Positions 29,305 to 39,615 of a stretch of DNA of 64,000 nt are shown in pieces (positions within the stretch are counted from its first letter, which is position 1; every line of letters starts with the position of its first letter). The DNA is from a virus (taxonomy: Duplodnaviria > Caudoviricetes), in IMG/VR virus record IMGVR_UViG_3300033463_000088, positions 1-64,000 of that record, one strand, 5' to 3'. The notes beneath the pieces were generated by a model. The model saw only the letters and a list, made by a program, of their open reading frames with translations. It made no database searches and was not told where the DNA came from. The translations under genes and the position numbers were made by a program.

Positions 29305-29324
29305 ATTTGCTAAATTATACGAGA
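29305..29324 (+). promoter_or_regulatory. candidate late promoter ATTTGCTAAATTATACGAGA
   Basis: Identical 20-mer on the minus strand at 49158-49177; core GCTAAATTA also at 36597-36605, 52632-52640 and 19218-19226. Confidence 0.6.
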
Positions 29325-29347
29325 ATTATTCAAAAGGAGTAATAGGT

Positions 29348-29815
29348 ATGGCGCTTCCTCAAAAACATATTAAAACAATAAACCTTCCAAAAACTGTTGA
29401 GGGACAAACAGTTGAAGACCAATATGAAGTCGTCCCAGAGATGTTAACAAAGAATGGCTACGCTGCTGAGCTTCCTACTTTAACAGGAAACTCTACTTTA
29501 GTCATTACTTCTGACCTTGTTAATATCGAAAAAACTCCTTTAATTAGCGGAACTGCCTCCTCCAATGTTTCTTTAGACTCTCATAAAGTCTATGACTTTG
29601 GAACACTTAATCAAGCCATGACTATTACATTAACAGCAGGTCCTGCTGGTTATTGCGCGGAATATTATTTTAGATTTACTGCAGGCGCAAACGCAGCCAT
29701 TACCCTTCCAAATGCCTGTGTTTATGGAGCAGGACAAGCTCCAACTCTTACTACAGGTCATACTTACGAATATAGCATTGTTGATAATTTAGTCGTAGTC
29801 GGCGAATTCTTCTAA
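29348..29815 (+). CDS. hypothetical virion-associated protein
   Basis: 155 aa, RBS aaggag, beta-rich, first gene of the plus-strand cassette. Confidence 0.7.
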   Translation: MALPQKHIKTINLPKTVEGQTVEDQYEVVPEMLTKNGYAAELPTLTGNSTLVITSDLVNIEKTPLISGTASSNVSLDSHKVYDFGTLNQAMTITLTAGPAGYCAEYYFRFTAGANAAITLPNACVYGAGQAPTLTTGHTYEYSIVDNLVVVGEFF

Positions 29816-29816
29816 T

Positions 29817-32800
29817 ATGAATCTAATCAGACGTCAATTATTAAAATTAATGCCAGTGGGTCATACCCTTGAAATCATTGCTGACAGTAGTTATGTTGGC
29901 AAGGTTTTTTATTGCACTTGTAAATATGATGGTCGAGTAGTTTCTGGTTCATGGATTATTTCATATGGCGACCAATTCGCGTCTATTAATGAAAATGGTA
30001 AAGTTACTATTTATGAAGACGTTCTTGGTGAAGATATTGAAATCACCTGTACTTATGAAGATTCTATTGCCGTTGTTGAAATTAATATTTCTTATGATAA
30101 CCAATTAACTATTGAATGTGCCGACACAATTACAGGCACTTCTGGTAATGCTTTTGCAAGATATAATTCTACTGTTGTTACTCCTACTTGGTCTATTACT
30201 TCTGGTGGTGCTTATGCTTCTATTGATGCTACAGGCGCTATCACAATTACTGATTCAGGCCAAATAACTTTACAGGCTGTGTATACAACATATACTACTA
30301 CTAAAACTATTAATGTTGTATACGACGCCGGAACTACTACTGAAACAACACTTGGTGATGATGGCTCAGTTACTACAGAAACAACTACTACAACAACTGA
30401 TCCTGAAACCGGAGCTGTTACAGAAACAACTACTTCCCAAACAACAAATGAAGATGGCTCTACAAGTTCTACTTCTATTGAAACAACTACTAATGAAGAT
30501 GGTTCGAGTTCAACTACTTCTACTACTACAAATTCTGATGGTTCAAGTAGTGAAACAACTTCTACTACCTCTGCTCCAGACCCAGAAACAGGTGCTGTCA
30601 CAACCGAAACTAGCACTTCTACAACAAATGCTGACGGAACAAGTAGTGAAACAACTGCAACCATAGTTGAAAATGAAGATGGTTCAAGTGAGTCAAGTTC
30701 CGAAACTATTCACTATGATGAGAACGGCGACGTCGCAGGTTCCACCGAAAATACAACTACTGTTAATACAGATGGTTCCAGCACAAGTCAAACAAACAAC
30801 TACGATGAAAACGGCGATCCGACATCAACAACAAATAATGATGTTGACGCATCTGGTAATAGTTCAACACAAGAAATTGAATATGATGATAATGGTGATC
30901 CTGTTGTCACCGAATATACTATCGATACTTCAGGCGGCAGCGGTGATGGTAAAGAGATTGAAGATGGTATCAATACTGAATACTATGCCTTCGACACAAC
31001 TAGAGGCTTTATTTTAGACATTGACTTTGTTATTGACTTTGCTCATCAACCAGCAAACCAAAACGAAAATCACCATAATATTTTAACTGCAAAAAGAGCA
31101 AGCCCATCTCCTTGGTATGGCTTCCAAATTAGACAATCTGGCACCAATAAATACGTCCAATTAGGTACACAATTTGCAACAGGTAACAATACTAATACTA
31201 CAATTAGCCCAATTGGTATGACTAATAATATTGCTGAATATATTTTACAAATTACTTATGATCCAACTCTTGCTTCAAATAATTTTATTTGTCGAGATTT
31301 AAAATCAGGCAATATTGTTTTTAGCGCAAGTAATAAATTCCCGGACATTGAAGCTCTTAAATACTTAAAAGTCTGCTTAGGCTACGCGATGGATGAAAAT
31401 GGTGATCCGTATAGATATTCTAATATCGCTGTTAAAAACTTCTCCCTTGTTAAGTTATCTAATGTTCTCTCACCAAGTATTAGTAGTAATGGTCGTTATA
31501 TTATTATTACTACAAATGAAACAGGTGCTACAACATATTATAGATTAAATCAATCTGGCAGTTTCCAAGAATATACTGGACAAATTGCTATGGTTAATGA
31601 TACTACTGTTGAAGCTTATTCTATGTTAGATGGCTTCACAAGTGTAACTGTCTCAGAATATTGCACTTATACTGGTCTTAAAAAACCAACTATTTCTTGT
31701 GATGGCCAGCTAGTCACTATTACTTGTGATACAGTTGGCGCATCTATTCATTATAGACTAAATCAAACTGGTGAATATATTGTTTATAATGCTCCAATTA
31801 CTATCTTTGAAGATACTATTGTTCAAGCTTATTCTGAATTAGGCGGCGACACAAGTGAAACAGTTAGAGTAGTTTGTGTTTATGATGATGCTCATAACTA
31901 CGCGGAAGATTATTTAACATTTAAGATTACTTCTAACGGAACTGTTGTCTGGAAGTCTATTGGCTCAGGTATGGCTAAAACTATTCAATATAGTTTAAAT
32001 GATGGCGCTTGAACCGATTTAGCTGCAACTGGTGGTGGTGCAACTATTACAGTTTATACAGGTGATGAAATTAGATTTAAGGGCTCAAATACTGCTTATG
32101 CGAAAGATAAGTCTAACTATTCTGGTTTTACTGGTGGCACTGCTACTTTTGACATTGAAGGTAATATCATGAGTTTAATTCATGGTGATAATTTCAGTGG
32201 CGAAACAGCTTTAACTGCTACCTATGCATTCTGCTCTATATTTAAACAAGCGGCAGTTGTTAATGCTGAAAACTTAATTTTACCTGCAACTACATTGACT
32301 AATTACTGCTACAGAGCTATGTTTAGTAAATGTCCTAACTTAGTAGTTGCTCCGGCTCTTCCAGCTACTACATTAACAACAGGTGTTTATTGGTATATGT
32401 TTGAAGAATGCCCAATTACAACTGCCCCTGTTCTTAATGCAACTACATTAACAACTGAATGTTATGGTCATATGTTTACTGGTTGCGGAAGCTTAAATTA
32501 TATTAAATGTTTAGCAACAAGTATTAGTGCAAGTAAAGCTTTAGAAGGTTGGGTTACTAGTGTTGCCGGTGTCGGTACATTTGTCAAAGCTGATGGTATT
32601 GCTTGGTCTACTGGTGTTGCAGGCATTCCTTCTGGATGGACCACTTATGTTAATGGTCAAGAGCCAGAGCCAGAAGAGCAAGATGACGTCTGGAGAATTG
32701 GGGGTCAATCAGTTACATTACCTTATTCATTAAATGCTATTGACGGCCACTCATCTGGCTATGCTAAGGGAACTTATAACTTTGTTGTAACTACTACCTT

Positions 32801-34604
32801 AGATGCTGTTCAACCAACTTATTTACAATTTGAACATGCTGACCAATCTGCTGAAATCTATGTTAATAACTCCTTAGTTACTACACACTGGGGCGGTTAT
32901 AACTCATTCACAGTAGATATTACTAATTATATTCATTTAGGGTCAAATAAAATTCAAGTTTCTATTTGTAATACAACAAGAAATACTCTCGCCCCTTGCG
33001 CTGGTGACTTTAACTTTAACGCAACTCTCGGCGATGTCTATTTAGTCTCAGGTGCTATTTTACCTGATACTATTTACGGCTATGATGGCTTCTGGATTAG
33101 CTCAGTTGTTTCTGATGCTGCCGCAGCTGTTACTGTTAAAACTACTGTTGCAAGTGAAGCCACTGTTGTATTGACTGTCTCAGACGGAACTTATACATAT
33201 ACTGATAGTCAAACAGATACTGGAGATATTACATTTAACTTTACTGTTAATAACCCGCATCTCTGGAACGGAAAATCTGACCCATATTTATATGATTTCA
33301 CCTTAGAAATTTATGATGGCCAAGATTTATGTTTCACTTCTACAAGACCTTATGGCTTCAGATATTATAGTTATGTATTTAATAATACTTCTGTTATTCC
33401 AGGAGAAACATATACTGGCTTCTTACTTAACGGCGCGCCATATTTATTAAGGGGCGTTTGCATGCACCAAGACTTGGAATATAAAGCAAATGCTCTTACT
33501 TCTGCTGATATTGCCCATGACTTTGAAATTATTCAAGATTTAGGCTGTAATTTTATCCGAACTGCCCACTATCCGCATCCAAGAGAATTCTATGACTGAT
33601 GTGATGAATTAGGCATTGTCGTTCAAACAGAAACTCCTTGGGTCAATAAAGCTCAATCTACTTACCCAACTGATTATTATGACCACTTAGGTAGTCAAGT
33701 TAGAGACATGGTTACTCAACATTATAACCACCCATCTATTATTTTCTGGGGTTTAGCAAACGAAATTACAACTGATGATAAAACCTTCGCAAAAACAAAA
33801 ATTGAAGGATATAAAGCTATTATTAATACTTATGACACTTCAAGATATGTCGGCTATGTCGTCAGCCATAGCTATCCAAACGGCTTAGGCACATTCAATG
33901 ACCCAGATGTTGACTATATTGGTCAAAACTTATATGTTGGTTGGTATATTGATACAAATACTAATAACCCATCTTCAAGAATTAATACTTGTTTAGGTTA
34001 TGCTAATAATCATAATAAACCAATGGCTTTATCTGAATACGGCTGCGGTGGAACTCAACGTTGCCACTCTGTAGACTTTATGACAACTACTACAAGGGGC
34101 AACAATCCAAGACACGATATTGAATATAATATGTGATTACATGAAGGTCATATCGCGGCTATTAAGAATTATCCGCAACTTATCTATACATCACAATGGG
34201 TTTTATTTGATTTCGCGGTCACAAGTAGACAAGAAGGTTATACAATTTGTTTAGATGGTGAAAATACTTCTACAAATGAGGACTTAAAGAGACTAAATAA
34301 TAAAGGTCTTGTTGAAAGAGATCACGTCACTAAGAAAGATACATATTATTTATATAAAGCTTGGTGAAACCCAACAAGTAAGTTCGTTCATATCTGTGGC
34401 AAAGAGTTTACACTTATTACTAGTAGACAAGTTAAATGTTATACTAATGATGGTGATACATTAGACCTCTATATTAATAACACTTTAACTGAGACCGCTG
34501 CTGTCTCTGATAACATTGCAATATTTACAGCAAGAACATTCTCGTCTGGCGACGTTATTAAGGTCCAAGGCGCGACGGTTTACGACACTTGAACAATTGC
34601 TTAG
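29817..34604 (+). CDS. 1595-aa modular protein: Ig-like, T/S/D-rich linker, lectin-like, Fn3/CHB-like, LRR-like and C-terminal GH2 glycoside hydrolase
   Basis: Track fragments 29817-32012, 32169-33599 and 33708-34136 are one frame joined by TGA at 32010, 33597, 34134, 34365 and 34590; stop TAG 34602-34604; GH2 motifs GVCMHQD, RTAHYPH, FYD[W]CDELG, NHPSIIFWGLANE, SEYG. Confidence 0.85.
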
Positions 34605-34611
34605 ATAAAAT

Positions 34612-34639
34612 AAAAAGAGCTCAAATCGAGCTCTTTTTT
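34612..34639. terminator. bidirectional intrinsic terminator
   Basis: aaaaagagctc-aaatc-gagctcttttt between convergent genes. Confidence 0.85.
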
Positions 34640-34656
34640 AATACTTTTTATTTTAA

Positions 34657-35589
34657 TTAGGAAACAGTAACTGTTTCAGTTTTTTCTGTCTTTGTGAGTG
34701 TGACATCACCAGATGCAGAACCAGTTGAACTAATTGTAGCTTCAGTTCCTGAGAAGGTTGGTTGTGTAGAAGAAGCACTTGTAATTCCTGTAACAACTGT
34801 TGTGCTATCATATGTTGGAAGAGTAACAGAAGTTGGAGTATTAGCTTGGAAAGTATCAGCACCATGTGTAGCAGCTGTGAAACTATCAGAACCTTGTGTA
34901 AAGGAACCTTGTGTAAAGCTAATTGTTAAGACTTCACCGCTAACACTTGTTGTTAATGTTGGGGCAACAAATTGGTCTGTACCTTGTGTAAATGAACCGC
35001 CACTAAATGTTCCGCTTGTAAATGATGCGGCAGAACCAGCACTAACAGAACCATCAGTTAATTTAGTTGGAATAGAGCTTGTTGCTGGAGTAACTGTAAT
35101 TGTTGGAGTAGAAACTGTGCCAGCAGGAGTATAAGTAGCAGAAGCAGAAACAGAACCATTTGAGAATGATGCACTATCAGCAGTTGTAAATGAAACTGAA
35201 CCCGAAGCACTACTCTTATATGCTAATGAACCAAGTCCTTCAAAACTAACCTCAGTATCACCTAATTTTTCCCAAACATAACTTGGAGTAGAAGTATCAC
35301 TAACATCAACTGTAACATATTCAGCATAAATTGTTTTATTATTAACTGTATGAGGAACTAAATAAATTTTACCTTGTGTACCTGACGCAGCAACTAATGA
35401 ACCAACAATATCACTTGTGCCATCATTCCAAGTAACACCATAAGGCGTTTTATTTGCAGCAGTTGATTTAACAAAAGCCAATGTTCCAGCAGATAATTGG
35501 CTAATTAAACCTCTGGCTTCTAAGTCTTTTAAATCATAAGTATTACCATCTGGTAAAGTAATTTGTGAAATATAAACTTTGTCTGACAT
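34657..35589 (-). CDS. virion fibre/decoration-like protein
   Basis: ISQITLPDGNTYDLKD N-terminus; S/T/G-rich TPAGTVS and QPTFSG repeats typical of phage fibre proteins. Confidence 0.6.
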   Translation of the reverse strand: MSDKVYISQITLPDGNTYDLKDLEARGLISQLSAGTLAFVKSTAANKTPYGVTWNDGTSDIVGSLVAASGTQGKIYLVPHTVNNKTIYAEYVTVDVSDTSTPSYVWEKLGDTEVSFEGLGSLAYKSSASGSVSFTTADSASFSNGSVSASATYTPAGTVSTPTITVTPATSSIPTKLTDGSVSAGSAASFTSGTFSGGSFTQGTDQFVAPTLTTSVSGEVLTISFTQGSFTQGSDSFTAATHGADTFQANTPTSVTLPTYDSTTVVTGITSASSTQPTFSGTEATISSTGSASGDVTLTKTEKTETVTVS

Positions 35590-35603
35590 AATTTTTTCCT
35601 CTT

Positions 35604-36092
35604 CTACTTAGTTAGTTTTAAGTTATAAGTTCCATCTGGAAGAACTTCAACTTCCGCAGAAACTTTATTGTTCCATTTTGTTCTATCAGATGAACTGACA
35701 TGAGCAGAAGTATCTGTTATATGATTTTGTAGTTCATCTTCTAAATATTGAACTGAAGAACCTTGGAATAAAATTTGTTTTGTTGTAAATTCTCCAGTAT
35801 TTTTATTTATATTTAACTCTGTCATATTACAACTTTGGCCTGCGCCAGTAGTTGTTGAGTTAATATACTTATAATTATCGCCTTCAATTCTTGCTAATCT
35901 ATAGAATTTTCCATCTAAATATACAACAGAATTATTAGTGGCGAATAGTTTTTCTAGGTCTTCCTCTGGAATTTGACCAGAGACATCCTCAATGTCAATA
36001 ACAACATCTTTTGGCTTGCCCCCTTCAGAAGAAGCAATCTTGCCATCAGCATAGCCGCGGGCTAAGATATAAGTGGTCATATCTATTGCCAT
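35604..36092 (-). CDS. hypothetical structural-region protein
   Basis: 162-aa ORF with RBS. Confidence 0.6.
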   Translation of the reverse strand: MAIDMTTYILARGYADGKIASSEGGKPKDVVIDIEDVSGQIPEEDLEKLFATNNSVVYLDGKFYRLARIEGDNYKYINSTTTGAGQSCNMTELNINKNTGEFTTKQILFQGSSVQYLEDELQNHITDTSAHVSSSDRTKWNNKVSAEVEVLPDGTYNLKLTK

Positions 36093-36108
36093 ACTATATC
36101 CTCCCTAA

Positions 36109-36303
36109 CTACATGATTCCAAGTTGAATTTTTGTGATGTTTAACCATCTATCATTTTCTTCATCGTACATCCAGAGCATTGCAGTATCCATCTCTAAGA
36201 AGGTTGAGCCATTACCAAGTAATCTGTAATCTTTCTTTAATGGCTTTTTGTCAGTGCTAAGGCCACGGAGTTCGATGCAGCGTTCATTTACAGGACTAAT
36301 CAT
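36109..36303 (-). CDS. small hypothetical phage protein
   Basis: ELRGLSTDKKP...GNGSTFLEMDT...YDEEN..W pattern. Confidence 0.6.
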   Translation of the reverse strand: MISPVNERCIELRGLSTDKKPLKKDYRLLGNGSTFLEMDTAMLWMYDEENDRWLNITKIQLGIM

Positions 36304-36318
36304 ATCTGCTCGCCCTCC

Positions 36319-36576
36319 TTACCTTGCCGCCTGAGCATTCCAAGCTCTTATCTCTGCTTGGAGGTCAGGGTCTTCTAGAGATCTACCAGAGGCAACAGCC
36401 ATATACATTTTGTTATAGAAAAGAACAGCGGCATTTGATGGGTTATTATAAATCTGATTCCAGAGTTTAGTTAACTCATCTGCATGCTTTGCTGCATTAC
36501 TATACATTTGATTTCATTCTTCTTGTGTATAGTTCTTTGCTATTTGATCACGTCTAAATTCTTGACCTTCTGCCAT
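36319..36576 (-). CDS. hypothetical protein with in-frame TGA
   Basis: MAEGQEFRRDQIAKNYTQEE[TGA]NQMYSNAA...; extends the track ORF to an ATG about 20 nt downstream of the GCTAAATTA motif. Confidence 0.65.
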
Positions 36577-36620
36577 CTGATTACAACTTTCTCAAATAAT
36601 TTAGCAAATATTTATCTGTC

Positions 36621-37559
36621 TTATATATTACATTTAACTATGTTAAAGTCTTTTAATTGGTCTTTAATTTGGTCTTCATAGTCTGAATTTATAAGTAAAA
36701 ACTTTGCTCCCTTAAGACCTGAGCCAACAAGCTTCTCACCATAAACGCCATCTATTTCACAAATATGATATTCTTCTTCAAAAATATTTACTTTTAAATT
36801 AAGCATACTTTGGGTTAAGCATGCGCCCATATAAGTCTCAGTTAGACCATCTTCATTTGCCCATCAGCTTGCACAATCTACAATACACTCTTCAAAGTGA
36901 ATAAACTGACTAATTAAAGTATTTGGCTTTGCTTCTTTAATTCTTGTAACATTATCTAAAAACTTTCTGTCAGCTGAGTGATTATGTTGTTCATTATAAA
37001 TTAATAAACCAGAATAATGTTTATCATCTAATTTAATATCAGCACCTAAATCACAAGTGCTTGTATCAATTTTCCAGATACCTGGTTCATGTAAAATAGC
37101 TTTAAAATCCATTCTGCCGCAAGGAATTTGTAAATAATTATGTTCTACCCAATAGCCAAATTTTACTATTAAATTATCACTTAACTCTAAATTATTCCAA
37201 TAACAAATAGTTTTTAAAATGGAGATAATAAAAGCAGCTGATGATGAAACACCTAAGCCACTTGGTAAATCATTAGAAATAGTAATATCACAGCCAGTAT
37301 TTAATTTTAAGTTATTTCTTGCAAAGACATTAATACAGCCATCAACATAATCAGTCCAAGTATAACTTCTTTTTGACTGCGGTTGAAGGTTTACTTCATA
37401 ATATGAAAATTCTTTGGAAGTAATAGAAAGTTTTTTATCTTCTCTTTTATTACTTTCAGCTATAATATATTTATCTATTGTAGAAGTAAGAACTGGTTCA
37501 TTAATACAATCAAGGTAAGCACCAGCTCAATTAATACGATATGGAACTTTAATTTGCAT
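36621..37559 (-). CDS. galactokinase-like GHMP kinase (312 aa, two in-frame TGA)
   Basis: VPYRIN[TGA 37527]AGAYLD, WTDYVDG, DLPSGLGVSSSAA, EHNYLQIPCGRMD, GVYGEKLVGSG; second TGA at 36864. Confidence 0.8.
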
Positions 37560-37580
37560 ATATTTATTATACAATAAATA

Positions 37581-37610
37581 AAGAAAAACTCCAAATTAGG
37601 AGTTATTCTT
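37581..37610 (-). terminator. intrinsic terminator
   Basis: aagaataactcc/ggagtttttctt hairpin plus T tract, immediately upstream of the promoter motif at 37565-37575. Confidence 0.6.
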
Positions 37611-38040
37611 TAAGACTGCCATCAGCATTTATTATATCTGAGACATACTGTCCAGATTCTAAATAAATTTTTTGACAATCTACTTGATTAAGAGCTTCCA
37701 TTTCAGTATCAAAAATTTGACTATACTCAGTAGCTCAGGTGCTATTTTGGTCTCGTTCAGAGAGTCTATTAATAATCTCATCTTTTATTTCTGGTTTTGG
37801 CATAATAATGCAATCTACAGGAATCTTAAATCTAACTAAAGCATTTGTAGCTCTGAAATTATTAATCATAATATTATAACCATGCGCCTTATAATACAAA
37901 ACTATTCGACTAAAGATGGTTTCAGCAAAAGGTCCTGGAAAATATTCAGCTAATGCCCAGTCCAAATCTACTCAATTTAAATGTGTTTTACAGAAATCTG
38001 TTTTACCTGTACCAGATGTTGCGACATAAATTTTTGACAT
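37603..38040 (-). CDS. small P-loop kinase-like protein (two in-frame TGA)
   Basis: MSKIYVATSGTGKT...N[TGA 37972]VDLD; second TGA at 37735; 145 aa. Confidence 0.7.
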
Positions 38041-38044
38041 AATA

Positions 38045-39574
38045 TTATTCTCCTACTTTGCTTTCTAAAACAGCTAATCTTGTTTCAAGATCTTCAATTT
38101 TTTTCTTTTGGTCTTTTAATGCAAGAAGAGCAACATAAGCTAACTTAGCATCTCAAACACCTAATTTATGCTCTACTTCTCCAGTTTCTTGGTTTGGTAT
38201 TTCAGCATCTCTAATTAATGCATTACGATATCTTTCTGGTAAAGCTGCTTCTAAATCTTGTGCAATAACACCAATACCTATATTATGGTCTTCATCTGCC
38301 TTAAAACTAAACTCTACAATCTCTAACTTATCTAATAGACTATTAGTATCTAAAGTTGTAGGAGCAATATTTTCTTTAAGGCTTCTATCAGATGACATAG
38401 CATAGTATGAATTTCAGTTATTACTGTTAAACCAGGCTTCAGAGTGCGGACCACTTGCATTCTGATAAAGCGTTCCAGTAACAAATACATCACCTCTAAT
38501 AACTACACCTGTATCATCAAAAGCATCTATAAATCTAGAGGCAACACAGCCATTTGGATAGAAGCATCAACCATAATAGTTTGCGGTATCTGCAGGATGT
38601 ACTGAAGTTTGGGTACCAGGAATAAGAAGAATTGGAGCAGTCATACAAACTGGATTGCCATTTTTTGGCTGAATACCTAAGTCATTTGCAGACTCTCATA
38701 ATGAACTTCCACTACTAGAAGAACCTGTAGCATCATCACGTCATGCTGGATTACCATCAGCATCAGTTTTTCAAACTTTATATGCAGCAGATGCACCTGG
38801 CGCAGAGACATAGCCAGCTTGTGTGACTGTATTTGCATTTCAGGTATTATTGTCTGTAGAACTAATTGTTATTTCACCATCAGCAGATTTTGTTACAGTT
38901 GTGCTACCTCCACCCTTAATACTTAAAGTAGAATTACCACTTTGATTAGCTGTAAATGAAACAGCGTCAGTAGTGCCAGCTTGAATTTTAAATGTACCAT
39001 TATTAACTGTATAAGTAGAATTTTCCCATGGAACACTAACATATGCTTTACTATTTGAGTCTAATTGAACAGCATATTTTTTCGATTCACCTTCTGGTAA
39101 TGTATAACCGAGTTTAATACCACCAAGTGCACTGTCGGTAGCAGCTGATAAAGAATAAGCATTTGCACTTTCTGCAATTCCGTCTAATTTTGTTTTATCA
39201 GCAGCAGACATTAGACCCGCAGCAGACTGTGTAGCATTGTTATAAGTGGTATCACTATCAGAAGGAAGAGTAATAGTTTTTGTAGAAGCAGCTGTTACAC
39301 GTCCTTTAGCATCAACTGTAATATAAGGGACACTAAATGTTCCTTCATGACCTGGGCTAGCATCAGATGATGGACCATAACTATCAGCGCCAACGCCAGA
39401 ATCAGCTAATCTACTAGCATTTAAAGTTCCAGATGAAATATTACTAGCATTTAAGCCTGTTAAACCAGAGCCATTACCTAAAAGTGTTCCGCCAACAGTT
39501 AAATTACCAGATATATTTTCATCATCTGTTACTCTTAATTTACCACGAACTATTGTACTATTTAAATCAGCCAT
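38045..39574 (-). CDS. tail fibre/spike protein with C-terminal Peptidase_S74-type intramolecular chaperone
   Basis: Track fragments 38840-39574 and 38153-38398 join through TGA; SDRSLKENI chaperone start, IGVIAQDLE, C-terminal coiled coil; 509 aa. Confidence 0.8.
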
Positions 39575-39615
39575 AAAAGTTCTCCTAACATATTATACAT
39601 TTTTTAATTTTTTTC

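Noticed and set aside
30212-31017. Track ORFs 30212-30664 (-), 30313-30666 (+) and 30667-31017 (+)
   Set aside because: Shadow frames of the low-complexity T/S-rich segment of the large plus-strand gene.
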